IMG/VR virus record: IMGVR_UViG_3300045988_051379
Span: 18,279 to 82,278 of that record
Source: a virus
DNA length: 64,000 nt
Direction: 5' to 3' (one strand)
The translations under genes were made by a program, and so were the position numbers. How positions within the stretch are numbered: the first letter of the stretch is position 1; every line of letters begins with the position of its first letter. A model generated the notes under the pieces. It saw only the letters and a program-made list of their open reading frames with translations. It was not told where the DNA came from and did no database searches. Below are positions 19,693-28,020 of this stretch, one piece after another.

Positions 19693-20248
19693 GGGCCTAG
19701 ATTTGGTTTTGACAGGCGATTACAAGTTAGTAAGACGTGTAGAGTTCGTACCAACTCTTTAATAATGATACAGCAATTTAAGTGGAAACACTGAAGTAAG
19801 AATGGCAGCCTAAGCTGCTGGCTTATCTATTAATTTAGCTCTAAGTCGGGTTAATTGGAGAGACCTAGAAACAGAAGAGGTGTGGGAAGAAGCGTATAGA
19901 GCAGCCCACTTAACTTGAAAGCCAAAGGTTAGTAAAGCTGAAATCTCCACTACCTATCTATGGGTTACAAATAGAAACGTTCTCCAACGTAAATGGAGTG
20001 GTGGAGGAGCGACTTCGGTCAGCCCAGGTTTGGAAGCGTCAGCTTCTGAACCTTTAAGTTTGGTAGTTTGTAAATTAGCTTTTGGTGTACTGGTTTGGCT
20101 ATTGCAGCCTAATTACCTGGTTCCAAGATAAGACTAGTAAAACTACCTACATGCTGAACTCAACAGCTGATGTAATAAAATAGAGACACACGTAATCTTA
20201 TTAATGAGGGTTGTTTGGACGGCGGTTCGACTCCGCCTAGGTCCACTA
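19693..20248 (+). ncRNA. ssrA: tmRNA (ssrA-like), about 550 nt
   Basis: 5' end GGGCCTAGATTTGGTTTTGACAGGCG matches the tmRNA 5' consensus GGGGcuGAUUcuGGaUUCGACgGG. 3' end GGACGGCGGTTCGACTCCGCC-TAGGTCC-A matches the E. coli ssrA 3' tRNA-like half. The acceptor pairs GGGCCTA/TAGGTCC. The region has no ORF of 60 aa or more with a Met start. A candidate tag ORF ends ...EVRMAA-stop at 19811..19813. Confidence 0.6.
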
Positions 20249-20559
20249 TTATTAACGTTTAAATATCAATTTTATGGGATTATTTATTATTGCAGTGATT
20301 GTTTTACTTATTTGTGTATGTCTTTCGCGAGTAGGGTCTAAAGACCTAAGAGAAGTTGCAGTGGCAGTTGAGATTGTATTCTCAATAGCAACAGTTGGGG
20401 TGGTCAAGAATTATTATTTGACGAAGATGTAATTGCATGGTTACATCAATGCAGACGTAATTGGATTCTGTCCGAGGTTAAACGAATGCGTGTACATCTG
20501 CGTAAATCTCGAATTAGAATATATAAAGAGTAATTGTTTCACTAAAAGTTATTGAAATT

Positions 20560-21057
20560 ATGGGAAAGAGGTCAATATCCGACGATGACATCGTTCGGAT
20601 TTTTAACACGGTAAAGGCAATGAATCCTGGGCCTTTTAAGATTACAGATGTAGTCAGGGATTTAAAGAAGAATGGCTTCCCAAGGCCAGAGAACTTCATG
20701 GCTGTTTTGCGTAAGCAGGGAGTGATTGAACCTGACGGTGCTATCTATACTAAAGGATTTATGTGGAAAGAACATGGCCCTTTGTATAAGACTAGAGTCA
20801 TTGAATTGATAACTATCAGCAGGAAAGAAATGGCTAAGATACAGAGAGATGCATATGCTAAGAGAATGGCTATTAAAGCTGGCACTTACGTAGCACCTCC
20901 TAAACCTAAGCCACAAGCTGAAATGGAAGCTGTTACAGAAGCGGAAGAAGACAAACATCTGATTCCTATTACACAGGCTGAAATGGAAGCAATCAAATTC
21001 CTGAAATCGAGAGGTTATAGAATCACTAAATTAATAACAGTTGAACAGATAGTATGA
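20560..21057 (+). CDS. hypothetical protein
   Basis: ORF in track. Confidence 0.4.
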   Translation: MGKRSISDDDIVRIFNTVKAMNPGPFKITDVVRDLKKNGFPRPENFMAVLRKQGVIEPDGAIYTKGFMWKEHGPLYKTRVIELITISRKEMAKIQRDAYAKRMAIKAGTYVAPPKPKPQAEMEAVTEAEEDKHLIPITQAEMEAIKFLKSRGYRITKLITVEQIV

Positions 21058-21749
21058 AGTTTACAGTACAAGGGAACACGCCATTCAGTGCACACATTTG
21101 CCAATATCTATATGATTTGGAAAGCAACTTTGCTAAGGAGAAATTATCATTGCCACTTAGTCAGATTATAGCTCATATCTTATATGGGACTAAGAGAATC
21201 AGACTTGGTAATGAAGCTATTCCGTCTGAAGCAATCACTATTTTGGAAGAATGTATTGAAGCCAATCAGCCAATACCAATTAATTGTATCTTCGGTAGTT
21301 CTGAATCGGAGAAAGACTATGTTGATGTTGCTGAATTTCAATCTCTTCAAACGTTGAAGGATATAAGCAGGAGAGTTGCTAAATTCTACTATCCAGGCTT
21401 GAACATAAGACTAGATGTAGTAGGCGATTCAAAATACGTTAGTAAGGTGATGAGACTGGCAACAGTCCTGGGTGGTTTTACCATAGGCACACACCAATCA
21501 GCTATTAACGTATCATTCGCTCACTACCGGCCAGCACACTATTATTATAAGTCTATTCCGTCTCGAAACATTCTACGAGGTGGATATGTTCCAGCTTGGG
21601 ACGGTAGAGGTTATCTATACTTAGAATCCCCACATGATATTGTGAGTATGATAACCACAGCTGACAATCCTGACATTCTTTCGACGACTGTGGTGTTAGA
21701 AGCAAACGAAGAGACGGTAGACCTTCGTGTGGACTATCTAATACCGTAA
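21054..21749 (+). CDS. hypothetical protein
   Basis: ORF in track. Confidence 0.4.
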   Translation: MKFTVQGNTPFSAHICQYLYDLESNFAKEKLSLPLSQIIAHILYGTKRIRLGNEAIPSEAITILEECIEANQPIPINCIFGSSESEKDYVDVAEFQSLQTLKDISRRVAKFYYPGLNIRLDVVGDSKYVSKVMRLATVLGGFTIGTHQSAINVSFAHYRPAHYYYKSIPSRNILRGGYVPAWDGRGYLYLESPHDIVSMITTADNPDILSTTVVLEANEETVDLRVDYLIP

Positions 21750-22129
21750 ATCCACTATTGACGAATGGTGGTAGCAAAACTTGGTCTGAAGAACCAATAG
21801 ACATATTCCGGAGTATGTCTATGACTTAAAGGCTATATCAAAGAGTTGAAACCTGTATCTATTCGAACAGTAGGAGTTCACCTGATTAAGCATCAGGAAA
21901 CAGTAGTGCAAATCTACTATAGATATTGTGTATAAGAGAGAATCTACACGGTCTGTATTATATAATCAGCATACAGATAGGTCACCAAGCAAACCTCTTT
22001 CCTGCCTGGTCAAGTGTGCATTACGGTCTGTAAGTGGCGAGCGGGTTAACGTATGTCCGATTGCCGTAATGCCGCTTGTTTATTGTTTAGAATAAAGAAA
22101 GACTCTCATAACAATAAATTTAACAAGAG

Positions 22130-23824
22130 ATGGAAATGAAAGGAGCACAAAGGCCAAGGAGGCCTTACCCTAATGCCGCACGTCAAAGGCGGGATGAGAA
22201 TAAACCTAAGTTTGTGGATAATAATCAGTTATTCATAGACCAGTTTGTTAATCTTAAGAAATGTCTTCAGCCACGTACCTACGTGCAAGTGGCTAAAGAT
22301 ATGTATCCTTTATGGAAAGCTAATCCATTACTATGTACCAAGTTTACTGCATATACGAGAATGATAACTCGTAAATGTAGAATAACTACCCCGGAAGGAG
22401 TTATACAGCTTGATACACAGCAAGGAGAAGGTTTGAAGAATGAAGGTATAATGAGAATGCTGTGGTTGGCAATCTATCACAAACCCACATTCCATGCCAA
22501 CATTGCTTATTTTGCAGCAGCTGGATGCTGGAAAGATTTCATTACTATGATGGCTTTAGATGTTCAACTCCATGGCTTTAAGCACAGATTGGATTGGGAC
22601 TTCTTCAAGAAAGTCATATTCGCAGGTCTTGCCAACGGTCAGACGTGTGATTTAGTAAAGAAGTATCTTCCTCGTGTTCGTTCCAGTGTTGCATGTAAGA
22701 CAGATGAGGCAAAAGCACGTAACACAGTAGCCAAATTCTTGGCGGAAGGCCTTTATGGTAAACCTAAGGATGAAGGAGACTATTCAACCTATCGTAAATA
22801 TAGGAAGATGAAGAATAGCGGGAAAGCAGCCCAATGGCAGCAGTTAATCAGTCAAAAGAAATTCTTGGAAATTGATTTTGACACTGTTACTGGAAAGGCG
22901 CTGGCACAGCTAGTAGGCTCTAAATTCCTCAAACATCAAGATCTTAAAGAGAAGTATCAGAACTGGTTGAAGAACCGTAAGAAGCCCTCTAATAGCGGAT
23001 TTCTACATACTCTATTCAAACCATATGGATTGGATAAAATTGCCGAAGAGATTCCAGAATTTATGGAAACTTCTATTAATGCAAGTTTCAACGTATTCGT
23101 TGATAATGCTAAACGCAATAGAGTAGCTCCGTTGTTGGTAGTAAGAGATATAAGCCATTCTGCTAATGGTGAGATAGAGAATAGCGAAACATCTGCTTAC
23201 AGTTTGGGTAAAGTATATGCTTTATATCACTCTGAACTACTTCCTACAATATTCAAAAACTCCTATGCCGTGTTAGAAGATAACATGGTTCTACGTAAGT
23301 TCAAAGGTCAGAATGTCATTGAGAAATGGAAATCTGACAAAGAAGAAGCATTATGCCAGAATCCTTCTATTGTTAATATAGCAGAAATGCTGTGTAAGAT
23401 GAAAGAAGATTATGGTGTAGATGAAGGAGAGTTCCCTAGAGGTTGTGTGGTAATTACTAACCATACATATTTTACCAAGTTGAACAACCAAGCATTCGTG
23501 GAATTTAAGCAGAGATTGCTTAAAGCAAATTTCAGTAAGGAATTTGTAAGGGCGTTCAAAGTTATTATTTGGAGAGTTCCTTTAGCATATAAAGGAAGAC
23601 CTAATGTAGCTTTGGTTCCAGGAGTGTCAAATTGCTTCTTAGTAAATGGACTTAATAATTCAACATCCTCATTTATTACTGGAGAGAAGAGGTTCCAGGT
23701 GCCTAAAACCACTAGAGACATCTTTAAGCATGCTATGAATCAAGAGTTGCTTAATATGATGATTCTAGAGAAGGATGTTGTCAAGAAGAATGCAAGCGTG
23801 CAGAAGAAGCCTGTGAAGGCCTAA
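22130..23824 (+). CDS. vWA-domain protein with N-terminal helical domain (TROVE/Ro60-like or DUF2828-like architecture)
   Basis: 564 aa; C-terminal half carries a MIDAS-type DISHS (DxSxS) motif in LLVVRDISHSANG; the long N-terminal domain is predicted helical. Confidence 0.45.
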   Translation: MEMKGAQRPRRPYPNAARQRRDENKPKFVDNNQLFIDQFVNLKKCLQPRTYVQVAKDMYPLWKANPLLCTKFTAYTRMITRKCRITTPEGVIQLDTQQGEGLKNEGIMRMLWLAIYHKPTFHANIAYFAAAGCWKDFITMMALDVQLHGFKHRLDWDFFKKVIFAGLANGQTCDLVKKYLPRVRSSVACKTDEAKARNTVAKFLAEGLYGKPKDEGDYSTYRKYRKMKNSGKAAQWQQLISQKKFLEIDFDTVTGKALAQLVGSKFLKHQDLKEKYQNWLKNRKKPSNSGFLHTLFKPYGLDKIAEEIPEFMETSINASFNVFVDNAKRNRVAPLLVVRDISHSANGEIENSETSAYSLGKVYALYHSELLPTIFKNSYAVLEDNMVLRKFKGQNVIEKWKSDKEEALCQNPSIVNIAEMLCKMKEDYGVDEGEFPRGCVVITNHTYFTKLNNQAFVEFKQRLLKANFSKEFVRAFKVIIWRVPLAYKGRPNVALVPGVSNCFLVNGLNNSTSSFITGEKRFQVPKTTRDIFKHAMNQELLNMMILEKDVVKKNASVQKKPVKA

Positions 23825-23987
23825 GTATTTCGCGCACCGTTTATTTAATAGTTGAATTAATGTTCTGATTGGATAGAAGATAGATTTCATTATGCATGGA
23901 GAAGAGCGCATATTTGGTATAGTAATCTTTGTGCATATCTAGTGATACTAGGTGGGAATTTATTGGATGATTCCATAGGGACTGGAT

Positions 23988-24061
23988 AGAGATATAGTTC
24001 AGTGGTAGAACAGCTAAAGTCAATCTTTAGAAGAACATCAGTTCGAATCTGGTTATCTCTA
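23988..24061 (+). tRNA. tRNA-like (anticodon CAA as read; non-canonical junction)
   Basis: Acceptor AGAGATA/TATCTCT, D-arm GTTC-AGTGGTA-GAAC, anticodon stem CTAAA/TTTAG with loop GTCAATC, T-arm ATCAG-TTCGAAT-CTGGT. Two nt lie between the D and anticodon stems, and the variable loop is short for Leu. Confidence 0.45.
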
Positions 24062-24163
24062 CACCATTTTATTAATATGATTCTTTCAACATATGCAGTG
24101 TCATTTCTATCTCGACTCATAGTCATTATTACGAGTTAAAGTATCTGCAATTGTTGAATAACT

Positions 24164-24201
24164 ACTAAGCTCATCGGTTCGAGAGAATATGTGAGCTTAG
24201 T
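24164..24201 (+). repeat. hairpin with conserved loop GGTTCGAGAGAATA (copy A)
   Basis: 10-bp stem ACTAAGCTCA/TGAGCTTAGT around an 18-nt loop; followed by a T-rich stretch. Confidence 0.5.
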
Positions 24202-24311
24202 TTAATACCGAGCAAACTTCTATCGTATTTAATACATATTAACTTTTATATGTGAGAAAGATTCATTACCTTTGCACTCACAATTCACAGTTAATATGGA
24301 TTGTGTGATTC

Positions 24312-24395
24312 GGGCACGTAACCGGTAATTGGTAGCCGCGTAGACTGTAAATCTACTCCTTAATTGGACTGGAGGTTCGAATCCTCCCGGGCCCA
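24312..24395 (+). tRNA. tRNA-Tyr (GTA), long variable arm
   Basis: Anticodon stem GTAGA/TCTAC with loop CTGTAAA, T-arm GGAGG-TTCGAAT-CCTCC, acceptor GGGCACG/CGGGCCC (one A-G mismatch). A TACCTTTG (TAnnTTTG-like) element lies ~35 nt upstream. Confidence 0.65.
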
Positions 24396-24448
24396 CTCAC
24401 ACTGCGATAATTAAATACAATATCTGTTGAGGTCAAACTCGACAAACC

Positions 24449-24476
24449 CTTCTATGGTTCGAGAGAATAGTAGAAG
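24449..24476 (+). repeat. hairpin with conserved loop GGTTCGAGAGAATA (copy B)
   Basis: 6-bp stem CTTCTA/TAGAAG around a 16-nt loop carrying the same 14-nt motif as copy A; the stem sequence differs. Confidence 0.5.
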
Positions 24477-24496
24477 TAAACTGCGGGATTCGTATA

Positions 24497-24826
24497 ATGG
24501 TTATTATAACAGCCTTCCAAGCTGAAGATGACAGTTCAATTCTGTTATCCCGCTCATTATTAATAATAGATGAGATTATGAAAGAGACATCATTTAAGGC
24601 AGGTGTTATTGGTGGAGTATTTACCTTCTTGGCATTATTTGCAACCACAAGTAAAGCATCAATTAATGAGTCTGCTGCTACTAATGGAGATTATAAAATC
24701 AACAGAGTGCAGTATGAATTTATTAACGAACTAACCATTTATAAGGTATCAGGTCCTGGTATTCCAGGTATTAAGTATGTGCTTAGAGATTCCGAGAAAG
24801 GTGGTTTATGTGTATTAAATCCATGA
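24497..24826 (+). CDS. hypothetical membrane protein
   Basis: ORF in track with one hydrophobic helix. Confidence 0.3.
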   Translation: MVIITAFQAEDDSSILLSRSLLIIDEIMKETSFKAGVIGGVFTFLALFATTSKASINESAATNGDYKINRVQYEFINELTIYKVSGPGIPGIKYVLRDSEKGGLCVLNP

Positions 24827-25104
24827 GTGAACACTGTCTTATTAAGAAGAATACTCCAGAACTTCGTAAGAAACTAGAGGATGCTGGGTTAAGTGTGTGT
24901 ATATGTACTACATTTGAGGATGCTGATTGGCTTAGTTGCTGGAGTTCTCATATGTCATATGATGTACATGGTGTGTATCCGGATGACGTGGACGATTTGT
25001 CTAAAGAAGCCTATCTGGAGATGTATCTCAAGGAAACGAATCCGATTATATGTGAATCGGATGATGAGTTTATTAACATGTGTAAACAAATTAAAGGGAA
25101 ATGA
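24808..25104 (+). CDS. hypothetical protein
   Basis: ORF in track. Confidence 0.3.
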   Translation: MCIKSMSEHCLIKKNTPELRKKLEDAGLSVCICTTFEDADWLSCWSSHMSYDVHGVYPDDVDDLSKEAYLEMYLKETNPIICESDDEFINMCKQIKGK

Positions 25105-25471
25105 TTATGCGGTAGATTACTTACAAGCCACCATAAGATAGTTGATTATTAATTAAGGCAATTTATTTATTAACTTATTAACAATTAACTATCATGGCAA
25201 CAATTTAAACAAGAAATCGCGAATTTAGTAAAAGCACAGAAAGCAGCTAAGAATATTAATGACTGCTCATCAGTTTATTACAACAGAGGAAGATTACATG
25301 CAATGTATGTAGCTTATTACATATTAAAGCATAAACTAATCGGAGAAGCTATGAATGAGTATCTAGCTAAAGTTATCAAAGAATGGAAATCACTTGAAAC
25401 TCAAGGTTGGTGTGGTTATTCTAAGATGTATAGTGGAGAGAAGTATTTCCGAGAAAGAGTTGATTCACTGA

Positions 25472-25774
25472 TTGATACATATTCTGATGAAGAGATTGTA
25501 TGTGCTAATAGACCAGAAGCTTGATGCAGTTTATGGTTGTGTACAAGGAGGTCATGCAGTAGCACAGTGGTTATTAGAACATCCTAATCAAGAGTGGAAT
25601 AATAGCTATTTAATCTACTTATATGCAGACTTAGACAAATGGAAAGTAAGATTAGACTTAGTAAATAAGGACTATTCTTCATTCTATGAACCAGACCTTG
25701 GTAATCAATTAACAGCAATCGCATTACAAGATGACGGTCGCATGTTCAAGAAACTTAAATTAGTAAGAGAATGA
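25472..25774 (+). CDS. hypothetical protein, weak PTH2-like (peptidyl-tRNA hydrolase 2) motif
   Basis: LYVLIDQKLDAVYGCVQGGHAVA loosely resembles the Pth2 vvRtDLkMgkGKiaAQcsHA segment; low confidence. Confidence 0.25.
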   Translation: MIHILMKRLYVLIDQKLDAVYGCVQGGHAVAQWLLEHPNQEWNNSYLIYLYADLDKWKVRLDLVNKDYSSFYEPDLGNQLTAIALQDDGRMFKKLKLVRE

Positions 25775-26088
25775 TATACAAACGAGATTATTATGTTAGT
25801 GTAGGAGATGACCATGTAGTTATCACTAAGAACCCTAATCCTCATTTAACTACATTAGAGGACTTAAATGACCTCAACAAGAGGTATCTTTACAGAGAAG
25901 GGCAGAAGATTCTAACTCCTTTTGGCATTGAAACCATTAAGGAGATTATTAGAACTCATAGCAAACAACGTGGCTACGAATGGTTAATCCTTGTAGAAGA
26001 GAATGGAAACCAATATACTCCATTTGAACTAAATGGCATAGTAGTCAAGGAACTTACACTTGAACAGTGGAATCAAATTATCGAATAG
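25771..26088 (+). CDS. hypothetical protein
   Basis: ORF in track. Confidence 0.3.
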   Translation: MIYKRDYYVSVGDDHVVITKNPNPHLTTLEDLNDLNKRYLYREGQKILTPFGIETIKEIIRTHSKQRGYEWLILVEENGNQYTPFELNGIVVKELTLEQWNQIIE

Positions 26089-26125
26089 TTGATGAGTTGT
26101 GGGTAATCTCGTAAAACCCTCTGTC

Positions 26126-26197
26126 GCCCCATTACTTCAGTGGTAGAAGAGCAAATTCTAAACTTGTATGGCGTTGGTTCGAGTCCAACATGGGGCA
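26126..26197 (+). tRNA. suppressor tRNA-Sup (CTA, amber)
   Basis: Canonical 72-nt cloverleaf: acceptor GCCCCAT/ATGGGGC, D-arm CTTC-AGTGGTA-GAAG, anticodon loop TTCTAAA (anticodon CTA at 26158..26160), T-arm GTTGG-TTCGAGT-CCAAC. Confidence 0.6.
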
Positions 26198-26200
26198 CTT

Positions 26201-26289
26201 GCGGGCGAGTGGAACGGATATACAAACCATCCTGGTCTCATAAGCCACGGGATAGCGGGTTCGACTCCCGCGCTCCGCAACTACAATCA
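26201..26289 (+). tRNA. tRNA-like element (possible CAT anticodon), non-canonical, maybe pseudogene
   Basis: Good T-arm GCGGG-TTCGACT-CCCGC; acceptor only 5/7 paired; candidate anticodon arm TGGT-CTCATAA-GCCA; D region too long. Confidence 0.3.
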
Positions 26290-26381
26290 TTGTACATACT
26301 ACATTTTCAGAATGTTAAGAAGACAAACAGCAATTTCCTGTATGTTGGCATAAGTAAATGAATCTATTGTCTTCTGATGAT

Positions 26382-26455
26382 GGGTGTATAACTCAGGTGG
26401 TAGAGTAACACGCTGATAACGTGTAAGTCCTTGGTTCACCCACAATACAACAATT
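26382..26455 (+). tRNA. tRNA-Ile (GAT), aberrant T-arm
   Basis: D-arm ACTC-AGGTGGTA-GAGT and anticodon arm ACACG-CTGATAA-CGTGT are canonical; T-stem and acceptor 3' strand pair poorly. Confidence 0.45.
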
Positions 26456-26543
26456 TTCAATAGCTTTGAATAAGAAGTCTTACGGCACGAAAGAAAGTGT
26501 TTCATATTTTATGATTTTAATTAAACTAAGAGACTTCTGTAGT

Positions 26544-26615
26544 CCGGGATGTAGTTCAGTAGATAGAATGCGTGGTTTGGGACCACGAGGTCGCTGGTTT
26601 GAATCCAGTCATCCC
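26544..26615 (+). tRNA. tRNA-Pro (TGG)
   Basis: Acceptor CGGGATG/CATCCCG, anticodon arm CGTGG-TTTGGGA-CCACG, T-arm GCTGG-TTTGAAT-CCAGT. Confidence 0.7.
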
Positions 26616-26673
26616 GACCCCCTGTAGCATCCAAGAGAGGATGCTGATAATCCCATAATAATAAATGTGGACA

Positions 26674-26706
26674 ACTACTCCGTTCGTGAGAATAGAGTAG
26701 TTTTAA
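26674..26706 (+). terminator. hairpin terminator after tRNA-Pro (loop CGTTCGTGAGAATA)
   Basis: Stem ACTACTC/GAGTAGT followed by TTTTAAT. Confidence 0.5.
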
Positions 26707-26842
26707 TAAGAACCATAATTAACACAATAATGTATAGTTTCACTAAACAATTATCAAATCAACTCAACAACCAACTCAACAACTTTTAATTTATGATTTG
26801 ATTAACCTGTTTCATAGTTAAGCCCATAAGTCGTATTGATAC

Positions 26843-26914
26843 GTGGGCTTGCCCGAGAGGTTTAGGGGCTGGTCCGCAAAACCAGTTAGGACGGTTCGAT
26901 TCCGTCAGCCCACT
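26843..26914 (+). tRNA. tRNA-Cys (GCA)
   Basis: Acceptor GTGGGCT/AGCCCAC, anticodon arm CTGGT-CCGCAAA-ACCAG, T-arm GACGG-TTCGATT-CCGTC; position 33 is C, which is unusual. Confidence 0.55.
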
Positions 26915-26997
26915 CTCGATTTAGTGAAACATAAGAAGGCGTACAGCACTAATCATTGTACAGTTTACATGTTTTTGATAACGCGCCTTCTGCGGAT

Positions 26998-27071
26998 GAT
27001 TCCGTAGCTCAGCTGGTTAGAGCACGATACTTTTAATATCGGGGTCCTGCGTTCGAATCGCAGCGGAGTCA
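26998..27071 (+). tRNA. tRNA-Lys (TTT)
   Basis: D-arm GCTC-AGCTGGTTA-GAGC, anticodon arm CGATA-CTTTTAA-TATCG, T-arm CTGCG-TTCGAAT-CGCAG, acceptor GATTCCG/CGGAGTC. Confidence 0.8.
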
Positions 27072-27113
27072 CATATGTACTAAGATTGTACATGATGTCA
27101 AAGAACGAGTTTG

Positions 27114-27148
27114 ACCACTCAGTCTGTGAAGATAGAGTGGTTTATTTA
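27114..27148 (+). terminator. hairpin terminator after tRNA-Lys
   Basis: Stem ACCACTC/GAGTGGT with loop AGTCTGTGAAGATA, then TTATTTAG. Confidence 0.5.
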
Positions 27149-27324
27149 GATTACTTATTTATTGACTAAAACTGATGTATTATGAGACTATTTAAGTTAA
27201 TTAAGAAAGCAGTTCGTTGGTATTTCAAAGTGTCAGCTGATAGCTACACGTGGTATCCAACAGGAGTAGTTCCTTACCATAGGGATTAACTCCGATGCAA
27301 TCGGGATAGGTCAATTAAACATTT

Positions 27325-27399
27325 GGGAAGGAAGCTTAAGTGGTATACAGCTGCGGCCTGTTAAGCCGAAGATAGCGAGTTCGAGTCTCGCCCTTCCCG
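27325..27399 (+). tRNA. tRNA-Asn (GTT)
   Basis: Acceptor GGGAAGG/CCTTCCC, anticodon loop CTGTTAA on a GCGGC/GCCGA stem, T-arm GCGAG-TTCGAGT-CTCGC. Confidence 0.6.
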
Positions 27400-27513
27400 C
27401 ATTATTAACATTAAATTATAAGATTATGCATAGTTTTGGTGCTTACATTGTGGGAGCTATAGTGCTAGTAGTACTGTATTATATCTTTAAAGATTCCACA
27501 ATCTAGAATTGAT

Positions 27514-27588
27514 GCGTCCTTAGCTCAATCGGTAGAGCCCCTGTCTCCAAAACTGGGTGTGTTGCATGTTCGAGTCGTGCAGGGCGTG
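27514..27588 (+). tRNA. tRNA-Trp (CCA)
   Basis: D-arm GCTC-AATCGGTA-GAGC, anticodon loop CTCCAAA, T-arm GCATG-TTCGAGT-CGTGC; acceptor uses two G-U pairs. Confidence 0.55.
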
Positions 27589-27598
27589 CTTATTAATT

Positions 27599-27677
27599 GG
27601 AAGTATGGCAGAGTTGGTCGATTGCACTGGTCTTGAAAACCAGAGGTCCTTCGGGGGTTCGAATCCCTCTGCTTCCT
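27599..27677 (+). tRNA. tRNA-Ser (TGA), medium-length variable arm
   Basis: Anticodon arm CTGGT-CTTGAAA-ACCAG, T-arm GGGGG-TTCGAAT-CCCTC, acceptor GGAAGTA/TGCTTCC. Confidence 0.55.
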
Positions 27678-27696
27678 CAACTAATTTGAATGTACT

Positions 27697-28020
27697 ATGA
27701 AGTTTAAAGTGAAATTAAGGAGAGTGTCTACGTTAAGTAGAAACCAAATTTGTAGAGTGTACGAATCTGGAATGCGAGAAATGGTGAAACGTCCCACATT
27801 AGTTAGAGTCCTTCTTAAGGATTACAAAACTAACGAAGATGTTAATGCTTTACTTGAGCAATTAAGTGAAGCAAGCAGAGCCGCTGAACAGGATTTATAT
27901 GCAGAGTATCCTAAGTTGCCCAGAAAGGCTAAGAAGGAACTTAAGAAGAGGCTGAATGCAGTTAATAATGCCTATTGTGTTGGTATTACTTTATTGCTAG
28001 CTGAATCAGATGGCTTATAA
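27697..28020 (+). CDS. hypothetical protein
   Basis: ORF in track. Confidence 0.35.
   Translation: MKFKVKLRRVSTLSRNQICRVYESGMREMVKRPTLVRVLLKDYKTNEDVNALLEQLSEASRAAEQDLYAEYPKLPRKAKKELKKRLNAVNNAYCVGITLLLAESDGL

Noticed and set aside
19693-20248. Interpretation of the tmRNA as a host attB remnant or prophage junction
   Set aside because: Phage-like genes and tRNAs continue on both sides on the same strand, with no integrase or repeat-flanked junction. It appears to be a bona fide phage-encoded ssrA.
25241-25274. Minus-strand CUGAUGA with a GCAG/CUGC helix II-like hairpin
   Set aside because: No GAAA after the hairpin and no helix III or cleavage triplet, so not a hammerhead.
26374-26380. Second and third hammerhead ribozymes at the CTGATGA occurrences before tRNA-Ile (26374) and tRNA-Arg (28765)
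   Set aside because: No helix II followed by GAAA, and no helix III or GUC arrangement downstream. The heptamer is part of the shared CTTCTGATGAT tRNA leader motif instead.
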